Made by a program: the position numbers and the translations under genes. Shown here piece by piece: positions 47,496-60,900 of a DNA stretch of 64,000 bases. This DNA comes from Squalus acanthias. Its lineage: Eukaryota. The notes beneath the pieces are model-generated. The model saw only the letters and a list, made by a program, of their open reading frames with translations, was not told where the DNA came from and made no database searches. Location: positions 4,900,001-4,964,000 of the forward strand of contig JASTWF010000033.1 in assembly GCA_030390025.1 (NCBI GenBank), written 5' to 3'. Positions within the stretch are counted from its first letter, which is position 1. Each line of letters opens with the position of its first letter.

Positions 47496-49490
47496 TATAA
47501 CCTCCCTACTTTTGTATTCAATTCCCCTCGCAATAAACGATAGCATTGTATTAGCTTTCCTAATTACTTGCTGTACCTGTATAGTAACCTTTTGCGATTC
47601 ATGCACTAGGACACCCAGATCCCTCTACATCTCAGAGCTCTGCAATCTCTCACCATTTAGATAATATGCTTCTTTTTTATTCTCCCTGCCAAAATGGACA
47701 ACTTCACATTTTCCCACATTATACTCCATTTGGCAGATCTTTGCCCACACACTTAACCTATCTGTATCCCTTTGAAGTCTCCTTATGCCCTCTTCATAGT
47801 TTACTTTCCTACCTATCTTTGTGTCATCAGCAGAATTAGCAACTGTACCTTCGGTCCCTTCATCCAAGTCATTCATTTAAATAGTAAAATGTTGAGGCCC
47901 CAGCACTGATCTCTGCGGCACTCCATTCGTTACATCTTGCCAATCAGAAAATGACCCATTTATGCCGACTCTCTGTTTCCTGTTAGCTAGCCAATCTTCT
48001 ATCCATGCCAATATGTTACCCCCTACACCATGATCTTTTATTTTCCGCAATAACCTTTGATGTGGCACCTTATCAAATGCCTTCTGGAAATCTAAGTACA
48101 GTACATCCACCGTTTTCCCTTTATCCACAGCACATGTTACTTCCTCAAAGAACTCCAATAAATTGGTTAAACATGATTTCCCTTCACAAAACCATGTTGA
48201 CTCTGCCTGATTACTTTGAACTTTTCTAAGTGCCCTGCTATAATGTCTTTAATAATAGCACTTATCATCTTTCCTGGGACAGATGTTAAGCCAACTGCTC
48301 TGTAGTTTCCTGCTTTCTGTCTCCCTCCCTTTTAGAATAAAGGAGTTACATTCGCCATTTTCCAATCAAATGGAACCTTCCCCGAACCTCGGGAATTCTG
48401 GAAAATTAAAGCCAACGCATCAACTATCTCACTAGCCACTTCTTTTAAGATCCGAGGATGAAGTCCATCAGGACCCGAGGACTTGTCAGCCGTAGTTCCA
48501 ACAATTTGCTCAGTATCACGTCCCTGGTGATAATAATTTTCTTGAGTTCCTCCCTCCCTTTCATTTCCTGATTTACAGCTGTTTCTGGGATATTACTTGT
48601 ATCTTCTACAGTGAAGACTGATGCAAACTACCTGTTAAATTCAACTGCCATATCCTTATTTTCCACTATTAACTCCACAGACTCACTTTTTATAGGACCA
48701 ACGATCACTTTGTTAATTCTTTTCTTTTTTAATTATCTATAGAAACTCTTACTATCTGTTTTCATATTTCTAGCTAGCTTTCTCTGGTAATCTAATTTTT
48801 CGCTCCTTATAAATCTTTTAGTCATTCTTTGCTGTTTTTTATATTCTGTCCAATCTTCTGACCTGCCACCCATCTTTGAACAATTATATGCTTTTTTTTG
48901 AGTTTAATAATATCTTAAACTTTTTTAGTTAACCACGGATGGTGGGTCCTCCCCTTGGAATTTTTCTTTCTTGTTGGAATGTATATATTCTGTGTATTTT
49001 GAAATATTCCCGTAAATGTCTGCCACTGCAACTCTATTGACCAATCCCCTTAACCTAATTTGCCAGTTCACTTTAGCTAGCTCTACTTTCATCCCCCATA
49101 ATTGGCCTTATTTATGTTTAAAATACTAGTTTTGGACCCACACTTCTCTCTCTCAAACTGAATGTAAAATTCAATCATATTATGATCACTGCTACCGAGG
49201 GACGCCTTCACTATGAGATAATTAATTAATCCTATCTCGTTGCACAATACCAGGTCCAGTATATCCTGCTCTCTGGTTGGCTCCAGACCGTGCTGCTTTA
49301 AGAAAGTATCCCGACAACTTTCCATGAACTCCTCATCTAGGCTACCTTTGCCCATCTGATTTTTCCAGTCTATATGCAGATTACAATCCCCCATGATTAT
49401 TGGCGTAACCTTCTGACAAGCTCCCATTATTTCTTCCTTTATGTTCCATCCTACCATTTGCTTCTCTACTTGCTTGCTGTACCTGTATGT
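47496..49490 (-). mobile_element. Degraded CR1 ORF2 fragment
   Basis: EN (MGDCN, SDHN) and RT (DFQKAFDKVPH, SADD) pieces. Confidence 0.85.
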
Positions 49491-49492
49491 TA

Positions 49493-52400
49493 GAAACATA
49501 GAAACATAGAAAAATAGCAGCATGAGTAGGCCATTCGGCCCTTCGGGCCTGCTGCACCATTCAATATGATCATGGCTGGTCATCTATTTCAATACCATAT
49601 TCCCGCTCTCTCCCCATACCCGTTGATGCGTTTTGTGTCTAGAAATCTATCTATCTCCTTCTTAAAATATTCAGTGATTGGGCGTCCACAGCCTTCTGTG
49701 GTAGAGAATTCAACATGTTCAACACCTTCTGAGTGAAGAAATTTATCCTCATCGCAGTCCTAAATTTCATACTCCGCATCTTGAGACTGTGACCCCTCGT
49801 TTTAAAACCCCCAGCCAGGGGAAAAAATCCTCCCTCCATCCAGTCTATTAGCCCTGTCAGAATTTTCTAAGTTACTATGAGATCCCCTCTCATTCTTTTA
49901 AACTCTAGTGAATACAAGCCTAGTCGACCAAATCTCTCCTCATACGAAAGTCCTGCCATCCCAGGAATCAGTCTGGTGTACCTTCGCTGCACTCTCTCTG
50001 TGGCAAGTATATATTTTTCTTTGTAAGGAGAGCAAAACGGCACACAGTACTCCAGGTATGGTCTCACCAAGGCCCTGTAAAACGGTAGGAAGGCATCCTA
50101 GCACGTGTAGTCAAATCCACTTGCAAATGAATAACAACATACCATTTGCCTTCCTAACTGCTTGCTGCACCTACATGTTTGCTTTCAGTGACTGGTGTAC
50201 AAGGACATCAACATTTCCCAATCTATCACCATTTAAATAATACTCTGTGTTTCTGTTTTTTCTACCGAAGTGGGTATTATGTAACGAGAAAGGATTAATT
50301 ATCAATCTTGTTGTACGAGGCCCCTTGGGTCAGAGTGATCGTAATATGATAGAATGGAGAGTGAAATAGTTGAATCAGAGACTAGGGTCCTGAATTTAAA
50401 TAAAGGAAACTACGATGATATGAGGCGCGAATTGGGAAGGATTGATTGGGGAATGTCACTCAAAGGATTGACGGTGGATAGGCAATGGCAAACATTCAAA
50501 GACCGCATGGATGAACGACAGAATTTGTTCATCCCAGTGTGGCATAAGAATAAAACAAAAAGGGTGACTCAACCGTGGCTAACAAGGGAAATTAGGGATA
50601 GCATAAAATCCAAGGAGAGGCCATATAAATTGGCCAGAAAAAGCGCTAACCCTGAGGATTGGGAGCAGTTTAGTATTCAACAAAGGAGGACAAAGGGATT
50701 AATTAAGAAGGGGAAAATAGAATATGAAAGTAAGCTTTCAGGGAACATAAAAACTAACTGTAAGAGCTTTTATAGATATGTGAAGAGAAAAAGATTAGTG
50801 AAATCATGTGTTGGTCCCTTGCAGTCAGAAGCGGGGGAAGTTGTAATGGGGAACAAAGAAATGGCGAATTTTGGTTATGTCTTCACAAAGGAGGACACAG
50901 ATAACCTCCCAGAGATGTCGGAGAACATACGGTCTGATGAAAGGGGGAACTGAAAGAAATCATTATATGCAGGGAAATGGTGTTAAGGAAATTGACGGGA
51001 TTGAATGCCGATAAATCCCCAGGGCCTGATAATTTACATCCTAGGGTACTTAAGGAAGTGTCCCTAGAAATAGTAGATGCATTGCTGATCATCTTCCAAC
51101 ATTCGATGGAATCTGGAACTGTACCAATGGATTGGAGGGTAGCTAATATTAATCCACTATTCATTTAGGGTGATAGAGAGAAAGCAGGAAATTACAGACG
51201 GGTGAGCCTGACATCGTAGTGGGGAAAATGCTAGCGTCCATTATAAAGGATGTAATAGCTGAGCACTTGAAAAACAGTGACAGGATCGGACAAAATCAAC
51301 ATGGATTTACAAAAGGTAAATCGTGCTTGACTAATCTACTGGAATTTTTTGAAGATGTAACTGGGAAAATAGATAAGGGAGAACGAGTAGATGTGGTGTA
51401 TTTGGACTTTCAAAAGGCTTTCGATAAGGTCCCGCATAAGAGATTAGCGTGTAAATTTAAGGCACATGGGATTGGGGGCAAGGTATTAACTTGGATAGAG
51501 AACTGCTTGGCGGACAGAAAGCAGAGAGTAGGAATTAATGGGTCTTCTTCCGAGTGGCAGGCAGTGACAAGTGGGGTACCGCAGGGATCGGTCCTTGGAC
51601 CCCAGCTATTCACAATATACATTAATGATCTATATAATGGAACTAAATGTAATATCTCCAAGTTTGCAGATGACACAACGCTGGGTGGGCGTGTGTGCTG
51701 CGAGGAGGATAACGAGAAACTCCAGGATGATTTGGACAGATTGGGTGAGTGGAAAGAAGCGTGGCAGATGCAATATAACTTGGATAAATGCGAGGTAATC
51801 CACTTTGGTGTCAAAAACAGAAAGGTAGACTATTAACTGAATTGCAATGGATTGGGAGAAGGGGAATTGCAACGAGACCTGGGTGTCCTTGTGCACCAGT
51901 CGCTGAAGGTAAGCATGCAGGTGCAGCAGGCGGTGAAGAAGGCAAATGGTATGTTGGCCTTCATAGCGAAAGGGTTTGAGTACAGGAACAGGGATGTCCT
52001 GCTGCAGTTGTACAGTGCCTGGGTGAGACCACATCTTGAGTACTGTGTGCAGTTTTGGTTGCCTTACCTGAGGAAGGATGTTCTTGCCATGGACGGAGTT
52101 CAGCGAAGATTCACAAGGCTGATAACTGGGATGGCAGGAATGACATGTGAGGAGAGATTGGGTCGGTTGGGCTTATTCTCGCTGGAGTATAGAAGAATCA
52201 GAGGGGATCTCATCGAAACATATAAAATTCTGACAGGTCTGGACAAACTAGATGCAGGAAGAATGTTCCCGATGTTCGGAGATTCCAGAACCAGGGGTAA
52301 TAATCTAAGGATAAGGGGTAAGCCATTTAGGACAGAAATGAGGAAGAATTTCTTCACCCAGAGAGTGGTGAACCTGTGGAATTCTCTACCACAGGAGGCA

Positions 52401-54025
52401 GTTGAGGCCAAGTCATTAAATATATTCAAGTATGAGTTAGATATATTTCTTAAAGCTAAAGGTATCAAGGGATATGGGGAGAAAGCAGGGACAGGGTACT
52501 GAATTTGGATGATCAGCCATTATGTTATCGAATGGCGGAGCAGGCTTAAGGGGCCGAATGGCCTACTCCTGCTCCTATCTTTTTTGTTTCTATGTTTCTA
52601 TACTGCATCTGCCATGTATTTGCCCACTCACTCAACTTGTCTAAATCGCCTTGAAGCCTCTTTGCATCCTCCTCACAAACCACAATCCCACCTAGTTTCA
52701 TGTCATCAGCAAACTTGAAATATTACATTTGATTCCCTCATCCAAATCATTGATATATATTGTGAATAACTGGGGGCCAAGCACTGATCCTTGCGGTACC
52801 CCACTAGTCACCGCCTGCCACCCTGAAAAGGACCCATTTATTCCTACTCTCTGTTTCCAGTCTGGTAACCCATTTTCAATCCATGCAAGTATATCACTCC
52901 CAATCCGATGTGCTTTAAGTTTTGCACACTATCTTCTATTTTGGACTTTATCAATGGCCTTTTGAAAATCCAAATACACCACATCCACTGGTTCTCCCTT
53001 ATCTATTCTACCAGTTACATCCTCAAACGACTCCAGTAGGTTTGTCAAACACGATTTCCCTTACATAAATCCATGCTGACTTTGTCTAATCCCGTTGATA
53101 TATTCTCAGTGTCCTGTTATCACATCCTTTATAATAGGCTCCATCATTTTCCTTACTACTGATCTTAGGCTAACCGTTCTGTAGTTCACTGTTTTCTCTC
53201 TCCCTCCTTTTTTAAATAGTGGGGTTACATTTGTCACTCTTCAATCTGCAGGAACTGTTTCATAATATGTAGAATTTTGGAAGCTGACAACTAATGGATC
53301 CAGTATTTCAATGGCTACCTCTTTTAGTACTCTGGGATGCAGATTGTCAGGCACTGGGGATTTACATGCTTTCAGTATTATTAATTTATCCAGCACTATT
53401 TTATTTACTAATACTAATTTCCTTTAATTCCTCCTTCTCACTAGACCCTTGGTTCCCTAGCATTTCTGGGAAGTTATTTGTGTCCTCTTCCGTGAAGACA
53501 GAACCAAAGTATTTGTTTAATTGGTCTGTCATATCCTTGTTCTCCATTATAAATCTCCCGTATCTGACTGTAAGGGACCTACATTTGTCTTATTTGTTTT
53601 ATTTTTACATATTTATAGAAGCTTTTACTGTCCGCTTTTATGTTCATTTCAAGTTTACTCTCATACTCTATTTTTCCTCTCTTAATCAATCTTTTTGTCC
53701 TTTTTTGCTGAATTCTAAACTGCTACCAATCCTCAGGCTTGCTGCTTTTTCTGGCAACTTTATATGACTCCTCTTTGGATCTGATGCCCAAGCATTGATC
53801 TATGCAGTAACCCACTAGTTGCAGCATGCCAACCCGAAATTGACCCGTTTATTCCTACTCTCTGTTTTCTGTCTGTTAAAAAATCCGCAAACCATGCTAA
53901 TATATTACCCCGAATCCCATGAGATCTAATTTTGTTTAACAACCTTTTGTTTGGCACGTTATCGAATGCATTCTGATAATCCTAACACACCACCTCCACT
54001 GTTTCCCCCGTATCTATCCTGGTAG
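49493..54025 (-). mobile_element. Minus-strand CR1 (49493-50272 + 52601-about 53770, with a further fragment to 54025) split by a plus-strand CR1
   Basis: Tail at 49493; RT sequence continues across the insert. Confidence 0.75.
50273..52600 (+). mobile_element. 5'-truncated CR1 LINE, same subfamily as 14611-17108
   Basis: ORF2 pieces 50354-52502; tail TGTTTCTATGTTTCTA. Confidence 0.88.
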
Positions 54026-54299
54026 ATCAGCCGCTGTCCTTTCCCAGGCTACTTAATGATTTTCTTCTTGCTGCTCCTGGAATGTTGCGGTTGTTACTCT
54101 TCAAACCTTAATTATTCTCCATCTTTGACCTCTTCAATTATTTTATTTTAATTTATCTCTGTCACCAGGACTACCCTTCAGATGGTGCATTTCCTGACGG
54201 CCCGTTTGCAGGACTGCACAAGAGACACGAGAGTGACACCAAAGTGGTTGGACATGCTTCGAAAAATTAAGCAGCTGGTAGATAGGCTAAAGAGCGGTA

Positions 54300-54622
54300 A
54301 AGTGATGGGCCCCTCGTAAGATATGGAGGAATGTTTTGGATGCATGGAGGCAGGGGCAAGTCAGTGGGTGGGTGGTCCAAATGTCCAGGGTGCAGGGGTT
54401 TGATGAACGTCTGCCGATGGTGGAAAAGAAGGAGCGGTGAATGAGGAGTGATCTGATGCCAAATGCAGGGAGAGAGGAATGGAGTTGGTGCAGAACGATG
54501 TATGGCTGGAGGAGATCGCTGAGAGAGGGAGCTAATCAGGCACGAAGTGTTTGGAACAGAGGACAAGGATCTTAAACTCTATTCACTGGAGCACAGGGAG
54601 CCAGTGGAAGTTAGCGAGGATG
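54300..54622 (-). mobile_element. Probable L2 3' fragment
   Basis: Minus-strand translation FHWLPVLQ*IEFKILVL matches the L2 motif HWLPV..RI.FK. Confidence 0.55.
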
Positions 54623-54624
54623 AA

Positions 54625-57600
54625 GAGAAATGTGATTTTGTCTTCGCAAGCTTCAACAACTCTTGCACACTAACGCCCCTCCGGAACCTTCTTCCCCTTC
54701 ACTTTCCTCTGAACCCCCTTCTCTCAATCTCACCCCCTGCCGCGTTTTCACTATCCCCTCTGACCTTCCCCTCTCTGACTCCGAACGATCAGTCCTCAGC
54801 AAAGGCCTGAGCTTCATCCCCTTACGCCCCCACCTCAATGAATTTCGAGCTCGGCATGATGCTGAGCTCTTTTTCCGCCGCCTCTGTCTCCGTGCCCACT
54901 TCTCTGGCCAGGAGTCTTCCCCCCGCACGGCTGACCCTTTCTCCCACTTTCAGAATTCTCGTTCAACCTGGACCCCTCCCTCTGGCCTCTTACCCTCACT
55001 AGATCTTTTCATTGCTAACTGCCACCGTGACATCGGCCATCTCAATTTCTCTGCTCCCCTCACTCACTCCAACCTACCTCCCTCTGAACTTGCAGCACTC
55101 CATTCTCTCCGATCCAACCCCGACATTGTCATTAAACCTGCTGACAAGGGTGGTGCTGTTGTAGTTTGGCGAATCGACCTCTACCTAGCAGAAGCTGAAC
55201 GCCAACTCTCCGACACCTCCTCCTACCTCCACCTGGACCATGACCCCACTACCGAACATCAAGCTACCGTTTCCAAGACTGTCACTGACCTCATCTCCTC
55301 TGGGGATCTTCCCCCCATGGCCGCCAACCTCATAGTTCCCCAACCCCGCACAGCCTGCTTCTACCTCCAGCCCAAGATCCACAAACAGGACTGCCCTGGT
55401 AGACCCATCTTTTCAGCCTGTTCTTGCCCCATGGAACTTATCTCTTTCTATCTCGACTCTATTTTTTCTCCCCTTGTCCAGTCTCTTCCCACTTACATCC
55501 GCAATTCCTCTGACACCCTCCGCCACTTTAACAGTTTCCAGGTTCCTGGCCCCAACCGCCTCCTTTTCACCATGGATGTACAATCGCTCTACACCTCCAT
55601 CCCCCACCAGGATGGCCTGAGGGCGCTCCGTTTCTTCCTTGAAAAAAGGCACAACCAGTCCCCATCCACCGCCACCCTCCTCCACCTGGCTGAACTTGTT
55701 CTCACATTGAACAACTTCTCCTTTGATCCACTCTTTTCCTCCAAATCAAAGGTGTTGCTATGGGTACCCGCATGGGTCCTAGCTATGCCTACCTTTTCTG
55801 GGATATGTGGAACATTCTTTGTTCCAGTCCTACTCAGTTCCCCTCCCTCACCTCTTTTTCCGGTGCATTGATGACTGTATCGGTGCTAGTTCCTGCTCTC
55901 GCCCTGAACTAGAAAATTTCATACACTTTGCTTCCAATTTCCACCCTTCCCTCACCTTCACATGGTCCATCTCTGACTCTTCCCTTCCCTTCCCTTCCTC
56001 AACTTCTCTGTCTCCATTTCTGGCGTTCGGCTATCGACAAACATCCAATACAAGCCCACTGACTCTCACAGCTACCTGGACTATACTTCCTCCCACCCCG
56101 CTTCCTGTAAGGACTCTATTCCATTCTCCCAGTTTCTCTGTCTCCGCCGCATCTGCTCTGACGATGCAATGTTCCATACCAGTGCTTCCGACATGTCTTC
56201 CTTTTTCCTCAACCGAGGATTCCCCTCTACTGCAGTTGGCATGGACCTTGACCGTGTCTGTTCCATTTCCCGCATTTCTGCTGTCTCCCCTACTCTTCCT
56301 CCCGGAACCACGATAGGATTCCCCTTGTCCTCACCTTCCACCCCACCAGCCTCCACATTCAACGGATCATCCACCGCCTTTTCCGCCACCACCAGCGTGA
56401 TCCCACCACCAAGCACTTCTTCCCCTCACCTCCCCTTTCAGCATTCCGAAGGGACCGCTCCCTCCGCGACACCCTGGTCAACTCCTCTATCACCCCCAAC
56501 ACCCCTTCCCCTTCGCCCAGCACCTTCCTGTGCAAGCGCAAGAGATGCAACACATGCCCTTTTACCTCCTCCCTTCCCTCTGTCCGGGGCCCCAAACTCT
56601 CCTTCCAGGTGAAACAGCGATTTACTTGTACTTCTTGCAATTTAGTATACTTTATTCGCTGCTCACGATGTGGTCTTCTCTACATTGGGAAGACCAAACG
56701 CAGATTGTGTGATCGCTTTGCGGAACACCTCCGTTCAGTCCATAAGTGTAACCCCGAGCTTCCTTTCGCCTGTCCCTTTAATTCTCTGCTCCACTCCCAC
56801 TCTGACCTCTCCATCCATGGCCTCTTACACTGTTCCAATGAAGCTCAACGTAAGCTCTAGGAACAGCACCTCATCTTTCGATTAGGCACTTTACAGTCTT
56901 CTGGGCTCAACATAGAGTTCAACCATTTCAGACTATAACCCCTGCTCCTATTTTTTCAGGTGGCTGTTGTTGATGATTCTGCCATTCCCATTTGCAACAT
57001 TTAATCTGTCCTGCCTTCAATCATAATAACATAAGAACATAAGTAATAGGAGCAGGTGTAGGCCATTCGGCCCATCGAGCCTGCTCCGCCATTCAATGAG
57101 ATCATGGTTCATTCACCAGCCATTCACCAGCCCTATCGCCATATCCATTGATGCACTTACTAGACAGAAATCTAGCGGCTTCTGTTTTGAATATACCAAA
57201 TGACTGAGCCTCCACAACCCTCTGGGGTAGAGAGTTCCAAAGATTCACCACCCTCTGTGTGAAGAAATGTCTTGTCATCTCAGTCCTGAATGACCGACCC
57301 TTTATCCTGAGGCTGTGGCCCCTGGTTCTAGACTCCCCAACCAAGGGAAACATTCTTCCAGCATCCACCCTATAAAGCCCTGTAATAATTTTGTATGCTT
57401 CAATGAGATCACCTCTCATTCTTCTGAATTCAAGAGAATACAGGCCGAGTCTACTCAATCTCTTCTCATACGACAGTCCCGCCTTCCCAGGAATCAATCT
57501 CGTGAACCTTCGTTGCACTCCCTCTATGGCAAGTATATCATTCCCTATGTAAGGAGAGCACAATAGTATACAGTACTCCAGGTGTGGTCTCACCAAGGCC

Positions 57601-57903
57601 CTATATAATTGGAGTAAGGCTTCTTTACTCCTGTACTCAAATCCTCTTGTAATGAAGGCCAGCATACCATTTGCCTTCCTAATCCTAGCACAGACTGTCC
57701 CTTTAGTTCCTTCCTCCCCTCCACCCACTTTCCCTGCCTCTGCACCTGCTTAAAACCGGTTACTTTTACCAGTTCTGATGAAGGGTCACAGAACTGAAAC
57801 TTTAACTCTGTTTCTCTCTCCACGGATGCTGCCTGGCCTGCTGAGTATTTCCAGCATTTTCTGTTGTTATTTCAGATTTCGAGCATCCGCAGTATTTTGC
57901 TCT
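54625..57903 (+). mobile_element. Penelope-like retroelement (RT + GIY-YIG endonuclease + terminal repeat), frameshifted, interrupted by a minus-strand CR1 at about 57023-57683
   Basis: VLSKGLSFIP, IKPADKGGAVVV, PKIHK..PGRPI, MDVQSLYTSIPH, RCIDD, NLVYFIRC..C.LLYIGKTKR. Terminal repeat with a CTGATGA..GAAA core at about 57771-57808. Confidence 0.9.
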
Positions 57904-57906
57904 TGT

Positions 57907-60900
57907 ACTGGGGAGAGATAACCAAACCGCCATCTTAGGAAGTTTAATCACTTTATACACTTTCTTATTTGAGCTCCGTTTGGAGTTAGAGATTATTTTA
58001 TTTTATTGTTGCATATTTAACGGCAGCATTGAAGATGGAAAGAGAAACTTAGATCAACTTCTTCTGTCAAAGCTGCAATGAGACTAGAAAGAATTTAAAG
58101 ATTTTTAATGAACTTTTCACAAAAAGTGAACGTGAAAAACACTTTTTTCACCCTAAGTTTCTGGTACGATTTTGGAAGAAACAACAAGGGAAAATCAATT
58201 TTGCCCTCATCTAAATAAGTTTCAAGCAGATCTTGAAGTCCAAACACTTTTAAGGAGCCTCTGAATTGCTTAAAACATTTTAAAACTTACATTTCTCAAT
58301 ATTTGATTTTGAACAATCGACTGAAGTGAGTAGCTGCACACAAAGATTCAATCATGCTGTTGAGGAGAGGGAGGGCAGGGAAGGATTTGGAGGAGTTACT
58401 TGTTACTTTTTATTGCCTTTTTAAATTACATTAACACGTTTAGAAAGAGAACCAAAAAGGAGGAAAACACAAACCGTTTTATTTTACATAATTTGAAAAC
58501 AGAAAATGCTGGAAATTCTCAGCAGGTCAGGCTGCATCTGTGGGGGAGAGAGAGAGAAAAACATATCTAACGGTTCAGGTCTGGGACCTTTCGTCAGAAC
58601 TGGAAAATGTTAGAGTTGTAACAGATTTTAACCAGGTGCAGAGGCAGGGAAAGGCGGGAGGGGAGGAAGGAACACAAGGGATGGTCTGTGATATGGTGGA
58701 AGGCAGGAGTGGTTAAATCCGCCCTCTGCACCTGGTTAAAATCTGTTACATCTCTAACTTTTTCCAGTTCGGACGAAAGGTCTCAGACCTGAAACGTTAA
58801 CTCTGTTTCTCTCTCGCTCTCCACAGATGCTGCCTGACCTGCTGAGTATTTCCAGCATTTTCTGTTTATATTTCAGCTTCCAGCATCCGCTGTATTTTGC
58901 TATTGTGACAGATTTTATTTTGTCTGTCGTTCTAGTCTGAACAAGTCCCAGGAACAATGTAACTATAGATTTCTTCTTAAATGTTTAGTGGAGCGTTAAT
59001 AGGAACAAGAACACTGTGCTGATGTATGTAAAATGAAGGAAGCTACTTTAGAAGAAACCATTGTTTGTTTATTGAGAAAGACACACAAAATACTTTGATT
59101 AAACTGATAATGTACAATTTCGATTTGGTATAAATGTTCGAATTAGGAGATTGAAAATTGAGAGCAAAATGAAGTTTATTTCCTGCTGTTTAATTGGGAA
59201 GTACCTAAAATAATTCAACACTTTTCGTGACAAGAGCAGGGATTAATATTGTGGAGAATGTTTGACAGAAAATATATTGGAAGCGAAATTTCTAAATTAA
59301 CATCTTTACATCAACATATTAGTAAACATTTCCAAGTCAGTCTGATTGGTTCTCTTGTCCAGGAAGAATGATGAATATTTATTTGTGCTAAATCGTAGTT
59401 TTTCCTGCTTTTTGATTTAATTCAGTGACGGAAATTGTGTGTGTGTTTTTCTGCACTTGTGAATAAGTGCTGCATTTCTGACATGTTACATGGAGGGTGT
59501 TCTGGTTCAATAAGACCACGGTTATTAATGGAAGTGACTGAAGTTGGAAATACGGATACCCGTTTTGGTTCAATTCTTTTTAATACTGTGAACTAAAGAA
59601 CTACAGCACTTTATAGTTGTTGATTGTCTGGTTGCATTGTGATTAATATTCTGATTACATATCTGGACGTACAGCACGTCAGCGCCATAGGAAAGCTGCT
59701 GCTCCTGCTGCTTGAGCTGCCATTGCTACAGTGACATGAGGGATTTTCTAATACGTTGAAAACTTTAAAATTAATACAAATTGCACGAATAGATCTGCCT
59801 CATTCAGCTCAACTTGGGCTTTTGGATTATGTGTCGATGTGTAACTGAGTGACGTTTCTGAAGTGTTAATTTATTATTCTGCAGTTCTTTTATATCCTAT
59901 TCATTTCTCACAAGGATTTATTTAAATAGAGTTTGTACATGACGAACTAAAAGCTTTTAATTAATTCTACCGTAATCAAACTTGCAGAATGGGCATGTAA
60001 ATGACAAATGAATTTCAATAAGGGTACGTGTGAGGTGGTGCATTTTGTTGGCAGGAAAAAGGACCCCAGCTACTCCTTGGAACATAAGAGTCTAAATGGG
60101 GTAGAGGTGCAAAGGGATCTCGGGGTATAGATTCATGAATCATCAGAAGTAGCAACGCCGGTTAAAATGCCATAAAAGTGGAAATAAAGCACGGGTTCAT
60201 TTCTAGAGGAATAGATTTCAAAAGAAGGGAAGTTATCTTAAACTTGCAGAATCTTGTCTGATTGTCCATTGATTTGAGACGGTGGGGTGACAATACCTCA
60301 TTACTGTGTATATGCTTTTAACTGGTTGTTGTTGCTGGCGCTGTTGTAAAAGTTGCTTTTCTAAAACTTGTTCTAAAATTTGTTGTTGTAAAATTTGCCC
60401 ACGGACGAAAAGGTCGCTCAAAGGAGTTCATGGCCGCTCAGTGCCAAAAAATTCGAGAAAACATTGGTGAGGAGGAGCTGAGGATATTAGGTGGGGTGGG
60501 GAGGAGCTGAGGATATTAGTTTGTGTGGGGGTGAGGAGGTGAGGATATTAGGTGGGGTGGGGAGGAGCTGAGGATATTAGATGGGGTGGGGAGGAGCTGA
60601 GGATATTAGATGGGGTGGGGAGGAGCTGAGGATATCAGGTGGGTTCAGGAGGAGCTAAGGATATTAGGTGGGGTGGGGAGGAGCTGAGGATATTAGGTGG
60701 GGAGGAGCTGAGGATATTAGGTGGGGTGGGGAGGAGCTGAGGATATTAGGTGGGGTTGGGAGGAGCTGAGGATATTAGGTGGGGTGGAGAGGAGCTGAGG
60801 ATATTAGTTGGGGTGGGGAGGAATTTACGATGTTCGATGCATATATCGAAAGTCACAAAGGGAGCCTGAAGCAAACAGGAGAGCAGTCCTGTTATTTGAA

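Noticed and set aside
44827..47664. 937-aa, 337-aa, 317-aa and 253-aa ORFs
   Set aside because: They are translations of an 18-bp minisatellite and the N gap. No ATG, signal peptide or splice context supports a gene.
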